Shown here one piece after another: positions 28,459-37,921 of a stretch of DNA of 64,000 bases. Every line of letters begins with the position of its first letter. The stretch's first letter is position 1. The translations under genes were made by a program, and so were the position numbers. The stretch lies in contig DXJO01000006.1 in NCBI GenBank assembly GCA_019057475.1, forward strand, positions 64,001-128,000, in the 5' to 3' direction. The notes under the pieces were generated by a model that was not told the DNA's origin, did no database searches, and worked only from the letters and a program-made list of their open reading frames with translations. This DNA is from Candidatus Thorarchaeota archaeon. Its GTDB lineage: Archaea; Asgardarchaeota; Thorarchaeia; Thorarchaeales; Thorarchaeaceae.

Positions 28459-29378
28459 ACTCGGTAAAGAGTATCGTTGAACGAATGAACAATGACGAGC
28501 TAATCCGACTGGCACGACAACTAGAGGTGTCTTTGACAAATCGGAAAGTTAAGCGTGATTTGCTCGTAGAAACCATTCAAAGCGAGCTCGAAGAGCACTA
28601 TCGTGAAAGGATTCCATGGAAGAAAACTCGATTGAAAGATCCAGCAATCCAGATTAGTGGTCTGACCAAGAAGTTTGGAAATACTATTGCTGTGCGAGGC
28701 CTGAACCTTGTTGTGCGCCCGGGCCAAATCGTGGGTCTTGTCGGGCCTAACGGTGCTGGGAAAACAACCACATTGCGAGTGCTTGCAGGTATTATCAGAC
28801 CAACAGAGGGCTCAGTGCGGGTGAATGGATTCGACATGAACGTTTCTCCGCTCAAAGCCAAACAGACACTTGGATACATACCTGAGAGACCTACCTGTTA
28901 TCCAAACCTGAAGGTCCGCGAGTACCTCACTTTCATCGCCAAAATCTACCGTGTTCCGCCAATTGATGCCACTCTTAGGATGAAGGAATATGTAGACCTG
29001 TTCCAATTGAACGACCTTCTTGATGCCTATATTGGTACTCTCTCAAAAGGCAACTTGCAAAGGGCTCTCCTAGTGGGCATATTTGTAAGACCTCCGCCGC
29101 ACATCCTTGCTTTGGACGAGCCGATTTACGGGCTTGATCCTCGTGGAGCGTGGAGCTTGAAGGTGCTCTTGAAAAAACTACGCGATGAAGGCTCAGCCAT
29201 TCTCATATCTACTCACATTCTTGAAATTGCGGAGGGCCTCTGTGATCGTTTTGTCATAATGAATGAAGGAGACGTTGTAGGAAAAGGAACTCTGGAGGAG
29301 CTACTTGTTCAGACACCTAACGCACATACAATTGAAGAAATATTCTTGGAGCTAACTGGCGGCATACCGGGAACGTAG
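28455..29378 (+). CDS. ABC exporter ATP-binding subunit with N-terminal helical extension
   Basis: Walker A GPNGAGKTT, LSKGN signature, LDEP and ISTH. Confidence 0.88.
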   Translation: MNSVKSIVERMNNDELIRLARQLEVSLTNRKVKRDLLVETIQSELEEHYRERIPWKKTRLKDPAIQISGLTKKFGNTIAVRGLNLVVRPGQIVGLVGPNGAGKTTTLRVLAGIIRPTEGSVRVNGFDMNVSPLKAKQTLGYIPERPTCYPNLKVREYLTFIAKIYRVPPIDATLRMKEYVDLFQLNDLLDAYIGTLSKGNLQRALLVGIFVRPPPHILALDEPIYGLDPRGAWSLKVLLKKLRDEGSAILISTHILEIAEGLCDRFVIMNEGDVVGKGTLEELLVQTPNAHTIEEIFLELTGGIPGT

Positions 29379-30971
29379 GTGTTTCAACTGAAAGCGAGTA
29401 CTTTCTCTTTGTTAGCTAATGAGATTCGCATGTTATTCAATCACTTGAAGCGCACAATTACTTCACCCTCGATGCTCTCGTTCTATGCAATAATGCTAGT
29501 AGGAACCTACCTCGTGAGTTCGGTCATTGCGATTCTAGGCAGTTACGAGCCGCTTTTCGAAACTGTGACCACAACCATTGAATCTACCATTGACAGAAGC
29601 ATGGTAATGTCTGCTCTAGGCTTGGTCAGTCTAATGGCAGTGGTTGGGGGTTACCTTGGGCGGGGGCCTTCAGCCGAGCTGACTGAGATTGATGAGTACA
29701 TCATGATGCCCACACCAACAATGCCGTATCAATTGTTCATTCCCAAATATATACGTAGAATATTCAGGAAACTGGGCTTTGCGTTCTTGGCTTTGCTTGT
29801 CGTCCTTCCTCTTGTATCTTCTTCGGATATTCCGCTAATTCCTCTAGGGGTTCTGATGGCCTGCTTCATCGTTTTCTTGGAAATAAACTATCTATTAGGA
29901 AGCATTAGCTTTCAGATTCGTTCTAGGCTTGAGAGAAAATTCAAAACGCCTTTCAGGCATTTCATCCTTCTTTTCTTGGCACTTGTTGTGTACATCCCAA
30001 CTCTTCCTGAAGTTACAATAAACCCGATTTCTTCTCTTCTCATTCCTTCAAACGCATTCGCTTACATTGTAATGGAGATGACAGGCATTTTCGCATCCGG
30101 GTTGGGTCCCTTGAATGGATTAGTTTGCCTTCTTCTTGGCTACCCCATCGCGTTTCTTGTGGTAGTCAATCTTGTTGGTCAAGATTATTACGAACGATTT
30201 GCGTTGAAGACATCGAATGGAGGAAATGAGAGCAGAATAAGTAGAATGATCAGAGGAGAGGTTGACTTCTCGGAATCAAGGTTCAATGATCCCCTAATGT
30301 GGGTGTTTCTGAAGGACTTCTGGAGCAAGATGCGCAAGCCGTTTCAGTTCTGGAAATACCTCTATTTCTTCATTGGCATAGCGATTGCATTGTATCTCAA
30401 CATAGTCCGACCAATATGGCTTCCTCCTCTCATCATACCACCTGAATTGAGCTTTGCGGCTGTTCCGGCATTTCTTCTAGTCCTAATATTGGTAACACAG
30501 ATGGCTAGCGTGAGCGCGCTGCTCAGTTTCATTGATGAGAAAGAAAATATATACCTACTAAAATCCAGTCCATTCAAAGCCTCTGATATTGTTCTTGCGA
30601 AGTACTTTCTAAGTCTCTTTGAAGTAACACTCACTGCTGCCCCTATTGTCGGATTCCTAGCGTACTTCATGCGCATAGAAGGCTCCTTCTATCTGCTCAC
30701 CTTGGTTGCTCCACTAGTGCTTATTTTCTCCGCGACAGGTGTTATGGTCGGAGCATATGTCCCTGTGTTCACAAATGAACCGAGCGATCCTCCTGTGCCA
30801 CTTGCATTTGGATTTCCTGCCATCAATATCGGCTTCGGGGCATTGCTGATGGCTATCGTAGCAATATACGCAGACGACATGCAACTAGTGCAAGTCATGC
30901 CTGCGTTCGTTGTCGTGGTTGTCTTGGGTCTTCTAGCATTGGCCACATTCGCACTAAGATCTTACAAGTAG
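29379..30971 (+). CDS. ABC exporter permease (tandem ABC-2-like halves)
   Basis: About 12 TM segments in two halves; EKENIYLLKSSP...IVLAK motif. Confidence 0.78.
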   Translation: MFQLKASTFSLLANEIRMLFNHLKRTITSPSMLSFYAIMLVGTYLVSSVIAILGSYEPLFETVTTTIESTIDRSMVMSALGLVSLMAVVGGYLGRGPSAELTEIDEYIMMPTPTMPYQLFIPKYIRRIFRKLGFAFLALLVVLPLVSSSDIPLIPLGVLMACFIVFLEINYLLGSISFQIRSRLERKFKTPFRHFILLFLALVVYIPTLPEVTINPISSLLIPSNAFAYIVMEMTGIFASGLGPLNGLVCLLLGYPIAFLVVVNLVGQDYYERFALKTSNGGNESRISRMIRGEVDFSESRFNDPLMWVFLKDFWSKMRKPFQFWKYLYFFIGIAIALYLNIVRPIWLPPLIIPPELSFAAVPAFLLVLILVTQMASVSALLSFIDEKENIYLLKSSPFKASDIVLAKYFLSLFEVTLTAAPIVGFLAYFMRIEGSFYLLTLVAPLVLIFSATGVMVGAYVPVFTNEPSDPPVPLAFGFPAINIGFGALLMAIVAIYADDMQLVQVMPAFVVVVVLGLLALATFALRSYK

Positions 30972-30975
30972 TGTA

Positions 30976-32892
30976 TCATCGTCGGGCTGCGAGTCTCAGA
31001 GCATTGGCAATCACTACTAACGATAAACCCATATCCCCTATTCCGATTGCTACCCAGAGACTAACAAGGCCTGGGACTGCTAAGACCGCTAGGAGAACCT
31101 TCACTCCTATTGACAATCCTACGTTTTGCCTAACAACTCTCATTGTGCCTTTTGATTGCTCTAGCAACTCGAGGATCTTTCTGAGGTCGTCCTTCATAAG
31201 TGCGACATCTGCGGTTTCTAGTGCTGTATCGCTGGCAATTACGCCCATTGCTATACCGACATCAGCAGCGGCCATAGCCGGGGCATCATTCACACCATCT
31301 CCAACCATGAGAACACGTCCTTGCTTGGCAAGATCTTCAATGTATTCGACCTTTTGGGAGGGAAGCAACTCCGCTTTGTATTCATCAATCCCGAGGAACT
31401 CTGCAATTTTCTTTGCCGCGACTTCGTTATCACCAGTCAGCATGACTGTACGAATTCCACGTTGCTTAAGGCTGGTTACCGTTTCCTTTGCACTATCTCT
31501 AACTCTGTCAGAGAGAACAATGGATCCCAAGTGCGTATTTTCTCGTGCAACATACACAAGAGTGCCGGTTCCACATTCGTGGTCGTGTGAGTGATCGACA
31601 ATAATTCCATTTTCTTTGAGCAAAGCCTTGTTCCCCACCAAATGTCTTCGACCTGCAATGCTACCAGCTAAACCTCGTCCTGGAATTGCAAAGAAGTCAT
31701 CCGCATCTGGGATGCGAAAGCCTTGCTGTTCTGATACTTCCAGAAGTGCCTTCGCAATAGGGTGTTCAGACATCCTTTCAAGTGCAATTGCTATCGAAAG
31801 AACTTCCTCTTTCGTAGCACCATTGTGTACACACACATGATCAACAGCTAAGCGGCCTTCAGTGAGAGTTCCGGTCTTGTCAAATGCTACCGTGTAGACA
31901 TTGCTCATGCTTTCGATATACTTTGAACCCTTGACAAGTACTCCATTGCGTGCAGATCCAGCTATTGAAGATACCATACTAACTGGAATCGAAATGGCGA
32001 ATGCGCAGGGGCATGATATGACCAAGAGGGTCAATCCTCTGTATATGGAATCCTGTGCACTAAGGCCAAAGAGTAAAGAACCTATGACAAGGGCGAAAGA
32101 GAGAATCACAACTGCTGGTGTGTATATGTGCGAGAACCTTGACACGAAGGCTTCCGTAGGAGATCGCTTTCCGCGGGCTTCTTCAACCAATTTCACAATC
32201 TGAGATAGCATAGAATTTTCAGAGGACTTAGTGACTCGGATTTCAAGGAACCCTTCCTGATTTATTGTTCCTGCATAGACATCATCGGTGATTGACTTAG
32301 TAACTGGAAGCGACTCGCCTGTAATGGTAGCTTGATTGACTGTGGAGTTTCCTTTCACAACTTCCCCATCGAGACCTATTCTTTCTCCCGGCTTGACACA
32401 GATTATGTCGCCTACTTTGACATCTTCTACGTGAATGCAGGCTTCTGCCCCATTGACTCTGATTGTAACAGTCTGTGGGGACAGCTCTAGTAGTGATTGA
32501 ATATTCCTTCGAACGCTGGTTCCAGCTTTCTCTTCAAGCAGCTCAGCGACGTAGAAGAGCAGCATTACGGCCGCACCCTCTTCCGGTGCACCTATGAGTA
32601 ATGCGCCGAAAGCTGCAACAGTCATGAGGAAGTTTATATCAAGATGAATTTTCGCAGCTCCTCTCAGTCCCCTAGGAATGACCCATCTTCCTGCAGAGAC
32701 TATTGACACAACGAACGCGGCATAGACCCAGATTGCATCGAAGTTCAACCATTGAAGAGTAAATCCAGCGGCAAAGGCTGCGGCTGACGAAATTACAAGG
32801 ATGTACTTCACGCGAAAATCGGTGTCATCTGCTCTTGCCTCCTCTGCGGCGCAATGGGAGCAGTAATGTTCAGTTTCCTGAGACATGTTCAA
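30976..32892 (-). CDS. cadA: P1B-2 heavy-metal (Zn/Cd/Pb) ATPase
   Basis: TGES, CPC, DKTGT, SEHP and GDGVNDAP motifs; TM Lys and GDMG Asp; N-terminal CSHC. Confidence 0.92.
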   Translation of the reverse strand: MNMSQETEHYCSHCAAEEARADDTDFRVKYILVISSAAAFAAGFTLQWLNFDAIWVYAAFVVSIVSAGRWVIPRGLRGAAKIHLDINFLMTVAAFGALLIGAPEEGAAVMLLFYVAELLEEKAGTSVRRNIQSLLELSPQTVTIRVNGAEACIHVEDVKVGDIICVKPGERIGLDGEVVKGNSTVNQATITGESLPVTKSITDDVYAGTINQEGFLEIRVTKSSENSMLSQIVKLVEEARGKRSPTEAFVSRFSHIYTPAVVILSFALVIGSLLFGLSAQDSIYRGLTLLVISCPCAFAISIPVSMVSSIAGSARNGVLVKGSKYIESMSNVYTVAFDKTGTLTEGRLAVDHVCVHNGATKEEVLSIAIALERMSEHPIAKALLEVSEQQGFRIPDADDFFAIPGRGLAGSIAGRRHLVGNKALLKENGIIVDHSHDHECGTGTLVYVARENTHLGSIVLSDRVRDSAKETVTSLKQRGIRTVMLTGDNEVAAKKIAEFLGIDEYKAELLPSQKVEYIEDLAKQGRVLMVGDGVNDAPAMAAADVGIAMGVIASDTALETADVALMKDDLRKILELLEQSKGTMRVVRQNVGLSIGVKVLLAVLAVPGLVSLWVAIGIGDMGLSLVVIANALRLAARR

Positions 32893-33184
32893 TCGCCCGT
32901 TTCAGAATGTCTTTCACACACTGGTCATCGAGGGAGTGATAGATTTGTTTGCCATTGCGTTTCTTTCCTACGAATCCAAGATTTCCTAGGATGCTAAGGT
33001 GATGGCTAACGCTGCTTATCGACATGTTCAACTCGTTGGCAATCTCAGATACGTTTCGCCTTCTATCCTCCGCAAGGATCGCTATTATGCGGAGTCGGGA
33101 TTGGTCGGACAACGCCTTGAAGATTCTGACAAGCGCTTCCAAATTATCACCGTCTTCACTCAGTTGGGAATTAAGAGTCGACAT
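32870..33184 (-). CDS. ArsR/SmtB metal-sensing repressor
   Basis: FKALSDQSRLRII...SVSHHL..L...G.V...R.GK..Y.SLDD; overlaps the ATPase start. Confidence 0.9.
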   Translation of the reverse strand: MSTLNSQLSEDGDNLEALVRIFKALSDQSRLRIIAILAEDRRRNVSEIANELNMSISSVSHHLSILGNLGFVGKKRNGKQIYHSLDDQCVKDILKRAIEHVSGN

Positions 33185-33202
33185 AATCTAACCCACATTA
33201 TC

Positions 33203-33226
33203 ACATTTGAACAAGTATTGGAATGT
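33203..33226. promoter_or_regulatory. SmtB/CzrA-like operator
   Basis: Imperfect palindrome ACATTTGAACAAGTATTGGAATGT between the minus-strand TATA-like box (33233-33240) and the arsR start. Confidence 0.65.
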
Positions 33227-33466
33227 TTTGTGGTAAATAAGGATTGCTTTAGGGCAGTGATTGATGATTTCCCTTCAGTAACACTACTCATATCGACAAG
33301 GAACAATTATGTAGACTCCAGAGGGAGTTTCAATAGATGGGACTACTTCGCGACTGTGACCCTACTCAATCGCGAGTCAGTGTGCTGTGTTAAGGATACT
33401 ACATGGTCCAAGCCACACACTTTGCAATAATCTTTGAAATCCACGAAATGTTGGAGCGGCTTCGAC

Positions 33467-35230
33467 ATGAATGGCGACCGAAAACAGCTACTGGATGACC
33501 TCCACAGGAAGGTGATTGAGAAAGCTAACGACGGAATTGTCGTTCTCAAGAACGAGATGATTGTTCTCTCAAACCATGCATTCGTTGCTATGCTAGACTA
33601 TGAAGGTCCTGAGCTGGAGGGTACCCGATTTGAAGACCTTGTAGAACCATCTAGCATTCACGAGTATCGGGATCGCTGGGAATCAATTGTGCACCAAGAA
33701 GACTCCACTGGAACGATTCGTGCTCGACTTCTGACAAAAAGAAAGCGGATACTGAACGTTGAGATGAGCACTGCAGAGCTTGATTTCGAGGGAGCACCTG
33801 CATTGGTAACAGTTGTTAGAGATGTTTCTGAACGAATGACGTTGGAGGCGGCTGTAGAGGAATCCGAGGCTCGCTACCGAACCTTGTACGAATCCTCGCC
33901 CATCGCTTACTTCACCTTGAGCCCGCGAGGGACAGTGCAGCAAGTAAACAATGCTGCTGAAAAACTCCTAGGCTACTCCAAAGAGGATATGATAAGAAGA
34001 AACATCTCAGCGTTTCTCCCTAAAGATGAAAGAGCTAGCGAGATGGGAAATCAAGTTATCGCTGAAATCCTTCAAGGAAAGAATCTCGAAGATATTGAGA
34101 TGCAACTCCAGCACGCAGAAGGGAAGAAAGTATGGGTCAGTGTTACTTCGAGCGTGTTAAGCGATTCAGTTCAATCATCTAATATCGGGCTTATGGCATT
34201 GGAGATAGATCGGAGAAAAGTAGCTGAGAGCAGAGAAACAGAGGAGCGCGAAAGAGCAAATCTCTATCTTGAAATAATGACACATGATCTCAACAATATC
34301 AATCAGAGCGCGCTATTTACAATGGAGCTCCTCACAACTACGGCGGATTTGCCGGAAAATCTTGAATTAGTCTTAACGGAGACCTCCTGGAACGTGCGAC
34401 GCGCTGCCAGGATGATTGCGAATATGAGAGCGATTATCACCCTCAAACAGTCCCCTCCAACAAAGAGCAAAACGGACCTCTATCCCCATATCGAACGAGC
34501 AGCGACTGAAACTGATAGAGACTTCCCTTGGAAGTCCCTTAACATCAACTCTAACATTGAGGATGATGAGTTTGAGATTGCAGGTCACATGTACCTCTGG
34601 AGCGTGTTCTTTAACATCATCCACAATTCCATGATGTTCTCTAGGGATAATGAAATCACCGTCAACGTAAGCGCAAGGAAGGTAGACTCTGGCAGGATGG
34701 TCCGAATTGAATTCGAGGATTTTGGTCCGGGAATACCAGACAACATGAAGCAGTACATCTTCAAACGTACTGGCAGTCCCGAATTGCAGCTTGTTGGCAG
34801 AGGTCTGGGACTTACGGTGGTTGACCACTATGTCACGGACCTAGGAGGAACGGTGTGGGTCGAAAACCGAGTTGAGGATGATCATTCCCAGGGAACAAGA
34901 ATAGTCATGCTTCTTCCATCGTGGGTAGAGAAGAAGGATCTCCCCTGTGGAAGGATTACCTGCATCACATTCTACAAATCAGACCATTGCCTGTTCTGCG
35001 AACCAACCTACGACATTCTTATGATGGTTCTCAATGAAATGAACGTACCAAACCATCATGTTGAGGTGATTAACGTCGACGACCCCTCTGCAGGCATTTC
35101 TGAGGGCGAATTGCCCATGCTTCCCTTCATCAAGATTTGTGATGTCGAGCTAACTGGTCTTGTTTCAGATGATCAAGTCCGGTCCGCTGTATTGACACTT
35201 CTTATGAAGGACTGCTATCCTGAGCTTTAG
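33467..35230 (+). CDS. PAS-PAS histidine kinase with C-terminal thioredoxin-fold domain
   Basis: H box LYLEIMTHDLNN, NIIHNS, DFGPG and GRGLGL; C-terminal FYKSDHCLFCE...MLPFIKI. Confidence 0.88.
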   Translation: MNGDRKQLLDDLHRKVIEKANDGIVVLKNEMIVLSNHAFVAMLDYEGPELEGTRFEDLVEPSSIHEYRDRWESIVHQEDSTGTIRARLLTKRKRILNVEMSTAELDFEGAPALVTVVRDVSERMTLEAAVEESEARYRTLYESSPIAYFTLSPRGTVQQVNNAAEKLLGYSKEDMIRRNISAFLPKDERASEMGNQVIAEILQGKNLEDIEMQLQHAEGKKVWVSVTSSVLSDSVQSSNIGLMALEIDRRKVAESRETEERERANLYLEIMTHDLNNINQSALFTMELLTTTADLPENLELVLTETSWNVRRAARMIANMRAIITLKQSPPTKSKTDLYPHIERAATETDRDFPWKSLNINSNIEDDEFEIAGHMYLWSVFFNIIHNSMMFSRDNEITVNVSARKVDSGRMVRIEFEDFGPGIPDNMKQYIFKRTGSPELQLVGRGLGLTVVDHYVTDLGGTVWVENRVEDDHSQGTRIVMLLPSWVEKKDLPCGRITCITFYKSDHCLFCEPTYDILMMVLNEMNVPNHHVEVINVDDPSAGISEGELPMLPFIKICDVELTGLVSDDQVRSAVLTLLMKDCYPEL

Positions 35231-35298
35231 TCATAATCCAGTTCCGATTTCGGAACTATTATCCAAGAGTGTACAGCATGCAAATGCTGTTGATACTA

Positions 35299-36246
35299 AT
35301 GACGGAGTTCGGGATACAAGTTGAGCCTCAGTTTGGGTTTACTCTAGATGAGGTGGAGCAAATTGCAGAAGTTGGTCTTGCTAATGGCTTCTCAACTCTT
35401 TGGTTTTCAGATCATTTCATGCTTGATGCGGATGCTGTGGATAAGGTGCTTCTGGATCCATGGTTACTGATGACGGCTCTTGTGACAGCGAATAAAGAAA
35501 TACGAGTTGGGAGTCTCGTCTTCTGTAATAGCTACAGGTCACCTCCACTCCACGCCAAGATGGTAGCAACGCTTGACAATCTATCAAACGGAAGATTGGA
35601 GTTCGGCATTGGCGCAGGATGGAAAAAAATGGAGTACGAAGCATATGGATATCCATTCCCCGATGACTTGACGCGAATCGCTCAACTTGGCGAAGCAATC
35701 CAGATCATAAAGGGGGTCTTAACGCATGACAAATTCACATTCGAGGGAGAACACTATCATGTGAAGGATATCGTCTCATTCCCTAAGCCAGTTCAGAAAC
35801 CACATCCCAAAGTGTGGGTAGGGACGATGCGAGGAAAGGAAAAGATGCTGGAGCTCATAGCTAAGTACGGCGATGGAATCAACGTCGCTTGGACATTCTC
35901 TCCAAGCCAATGTGAAGAAATCTTCAGTAAGCTTGACAAGCTATGCAAGGTGAATGGGCGCGATTCTACTGAAATGGGCAAGTCAGTGGGTCTATGGACA
36001 AGGTGTTTCGTTTCGGATGAGGAGATGAATCACACAATTACAGAGAACGCCGCTAAGAGGGGGGTTTCTGAAAAGAAGTACAGAGAGAGAATCTCCAGTG
36101 CTCTTTGGGGCACACCCAAGATGATGGTCGAGCGATTAAGGCAACACCTTGATCTCGGGGTTTCTCATATCATTCTGATGCTGCCCCATGGTGAAGAATT
36201 GGATCAAATCAAGCTGATAGGCCAGAATGTCCTTTCCAAGCTGTAA
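35299..36246 (+). CDS. LLM-class (probably F420-dependent) oxidoreductase
   Basis: WFSDHF, YRSP...AK..ATLD.LSNGRLEFGIGAGW and PKPVQKPHP. Confidence 0.88.
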   Translation: MTEFGIQVEPQFGFTLDEVEQIAEVGLANGFSTLWFSDHFMLDADAVDKVLLDPWLLMTALVTANKEIRVGSLVFCNSYRSPPLHAKMVATLDNLSNGRLEFGIGAGWKKMEYEAYGYPFPDDLTRIAQLGEAIQIIKGVLTHDKFTFEGEHYHVKDIVSFPKPVQKPHPKVWVGTMRGKEKMLELIAKYGDGINVAWTFSPSQCEEIFSKLDKLCKVNGRDSTEMGKSVGLWTRCFVSDEEMNHTITENAAKRGVSEKKYRERISSALWGTPKMMVERLRQHLDLGVSHIILMLPHGEELDQIKLIGQNVLSKL

Positions 36247-36261
36247 TCTAATTAGATAGCG

Positions 36262-36316
36262 AAAAGGACAGAATTAGCCCTTGGAGCCCTCTATTGATTA
36301 GAGGACTCAAGAGCTA
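36262..36316 (-). terminator. long hairpin plus TTCTGTCCTTTT after the flotillin-like gene
   Basis: Hairpin core CCTCTA-ttgat-TAGAGG extended by GAG/CTC, CTT/AAG and TAGC/GCTA. Confidence 0.6.
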
Positions 36317-36329
36317 TCGATTGATACTA

Positions 36330-37637
36330 TCAGGCTTCGATAGCCAAATCTGCAAGGGATTCCTTCATGAGCCCTTTGAAGTCAAAGCCCATCATTCGAG
36401 CCATCAACATCATCGGTAGCAGAACGTTTCCGAAGACTTGGAACGCACCTGCGCCTCCGCCCTCCTCACCTGCTTCGCCATTCATTCCTCCTCCAAAGAG
36501 AGTCACATCGCCTATGTCAATATTCTCATAGAGCTGAGGCAATACGGCAAGAAAATCTCTTGCAAAGGCCTGTGGCGTGTAATCCTTGGCGGCATCCAGT
36601 GTCTGGCGAATACCCTCGGCTTGCGCGCTTGTGACCTTCAATATCTTCTCGGCGTCAGCCACCGCGACGATACTTATGCGTTCAGCATCGGCTCTCGCCT
36701 GCTGAAGTATTCGCTGCGCTTCAACCTCTACTTCCTGCTTGATTTTTCGCTGCTTCTCAGCTTCAGCCTTGAGCTTGGCGACTTCAAGATCCTTCGACGC
36801 ATCGACCTCGGCCTGCTGCTTTTCATAACGTTTCTGCATCAGGTCCTTCTGAAGCTCGATTTCTAGAACGCTTTGCTGTCGTTGCTGCTCCGCTTCCTGA
36901 ATGGCACGTAGTTGATCTTGTTCTTGAATGCCAATGTACTTGTCCTTCTCGATCTCTTTATCTCGCAGTATACGAATCTTTGCGATATCGCTTGTACCAG
37001 TTGCTTGATCCGCCTCAATCGTAGCTATCTGGGCAAGACGACGCATCTCAGCCTCACGAGGCTTCGACATATTCTGCAAAAAAGATTCATTGACAACTGC
37101 AACGTCTACTAACTCAACAGTGACCACCTTGAGACCCCATTCGGAAATGACATCCACGAGTTCCTTCTTGATTGCTTCAATGATTAGCTGGCGCTCTTCA
37201 AGAATCTCCTCGACTGACAACTGCGCACAAGCCGTTCTGATGACTGACTCTATGATTGCCGTTAGGCGCGCTGGAATTTCTTCCCAATGTGTATTATTGA
37301 TCGTCGCGATGGCGTTGTCAGCCTGCCATTGAAGGACAGTACTGAGCCTTATCTTCTGCTTCTCTTTGGATAGTACTGACTCTGCATGGATGTTCAGCTG
37401 TTGGACCGTTCTATCAATCGCAAGAATGCGGTCAAGAAAAGGAATGCGTACAACCATTCCCCCTTCGCCCTGCTTGATGGGCTTGCCTTTACGCAGGTGC
37501 ACGTAGAATACATTCGGGTCAAAAATGCGAATGTACTTCTTGATGTAGAAGGTGATCAACAGTACTACCAATATACCGAGAAATGCAATGGATAGTCCAA
37601 AGTTCTGAGCAAATATGTCCATTATTCCCGCTTGCAT
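36330..37637 (-). CDS. SPFH/flotillin-like membrane scaffold protein
   Basis: N-terminal TM, SPFH domain (IIESVIRT..AQLSVEEILEER...WGLKV) and a long AEA-rich coiled coil. Confidence 0.85.
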   Translation of the reverse strand: MQAGIMDIFAQNFGLSIAFLGILVVLLITFYIKKYIRIFDPNVFYVHLRKGKPIKQGEGGMVVRIPFLDRILAIDRTVQQLNIHAESVLSKEKQKIRLSTVLQWQADNAIATINNTHWEEIPARLTAIIESVIRTACAQLSVEEILEERQLIIEAIKKELVDVISEWGLKVVTVELVDVAVVNESFLQNMSKPREAEMRRLAQIATIEADQATGTSDIAKIRILRDKEIEKDKYIGIQEQDQLRAIQEAEQQRQQSVLEIELQKDLMQKRYEKQQAEVDASKDLEVAKLKAEAEKQRKIKQEVEVEAQRILQQARADAERISIVAVADAEKILKVTSAQAEGIRQTLDAAKDYTPQAFARDFLAVLPQLYENIDIGDVTLFGGGMNGEAGEEGGGAGAFQVFGNVLLPMMLMARMMGFDFKGLMKESLADLAIEA

Positions 37638-37667
37638 TTGTTTTTCTACTCACATCTCTTTTTTAGA

Positions 37668-37832
37668 GAGTGCACCTAAAACCCACAGCCCTCTTCCTTC
37701 CACTGAGAACGCGGTACTGTGTGGTTTGACCTATGTACCTCTATCTTAGGGCATTGGATAGGTCGCTTCATCCCTCGGAGTTCAGATCCCCCAACGAGAC
37801 ATCAGAATCCTGCTTCGGGTTCTGGTGCACTC
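37668..37832 (-). ncRNA. unidentified multi-stem RNA / riboswitch-like 5' leader
   Basis: Terminal helix GAGTGCAC(C)/(G)GTGCACTC encloses four hairpins (37803-37824, 37771-37799, 37728-37764, 37679-37727). Most non-WC pairs are G-U on the minus strand, and the element begins at the predicted TSS. Confidence 0.7.
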
Positions 37833-37853
37833 ATGTTCATATTGTATTCTAAC

Positions 37854-37867
37854 GTTATAAATTCGCG
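37854..37867 (-). promoter_or_regulatory. BRE/TATA promoter
   Basis: Minus strand CGCGAA-TTTATAAC, ~29 nt upstream of the RNA 5' helix. Confidence 0.65.
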
Positions 37868-37921
37868 CCGAGATTTGTGTCTTATCGACAATCGAATGAA
37901 GCATTTCGATTATGACTTCTT

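Noticed and set aside
37668-37832. Identification of the RNA as Moco, cobalamin, lysine riboswitch, 5S rRNA or C/D sRNA
   Set aside because: Only short scattered matches were found (CTCCGAG, CCTAAG, TGGAAGG, GAACCCGAAG). Helix order and conserved cores do not fit.
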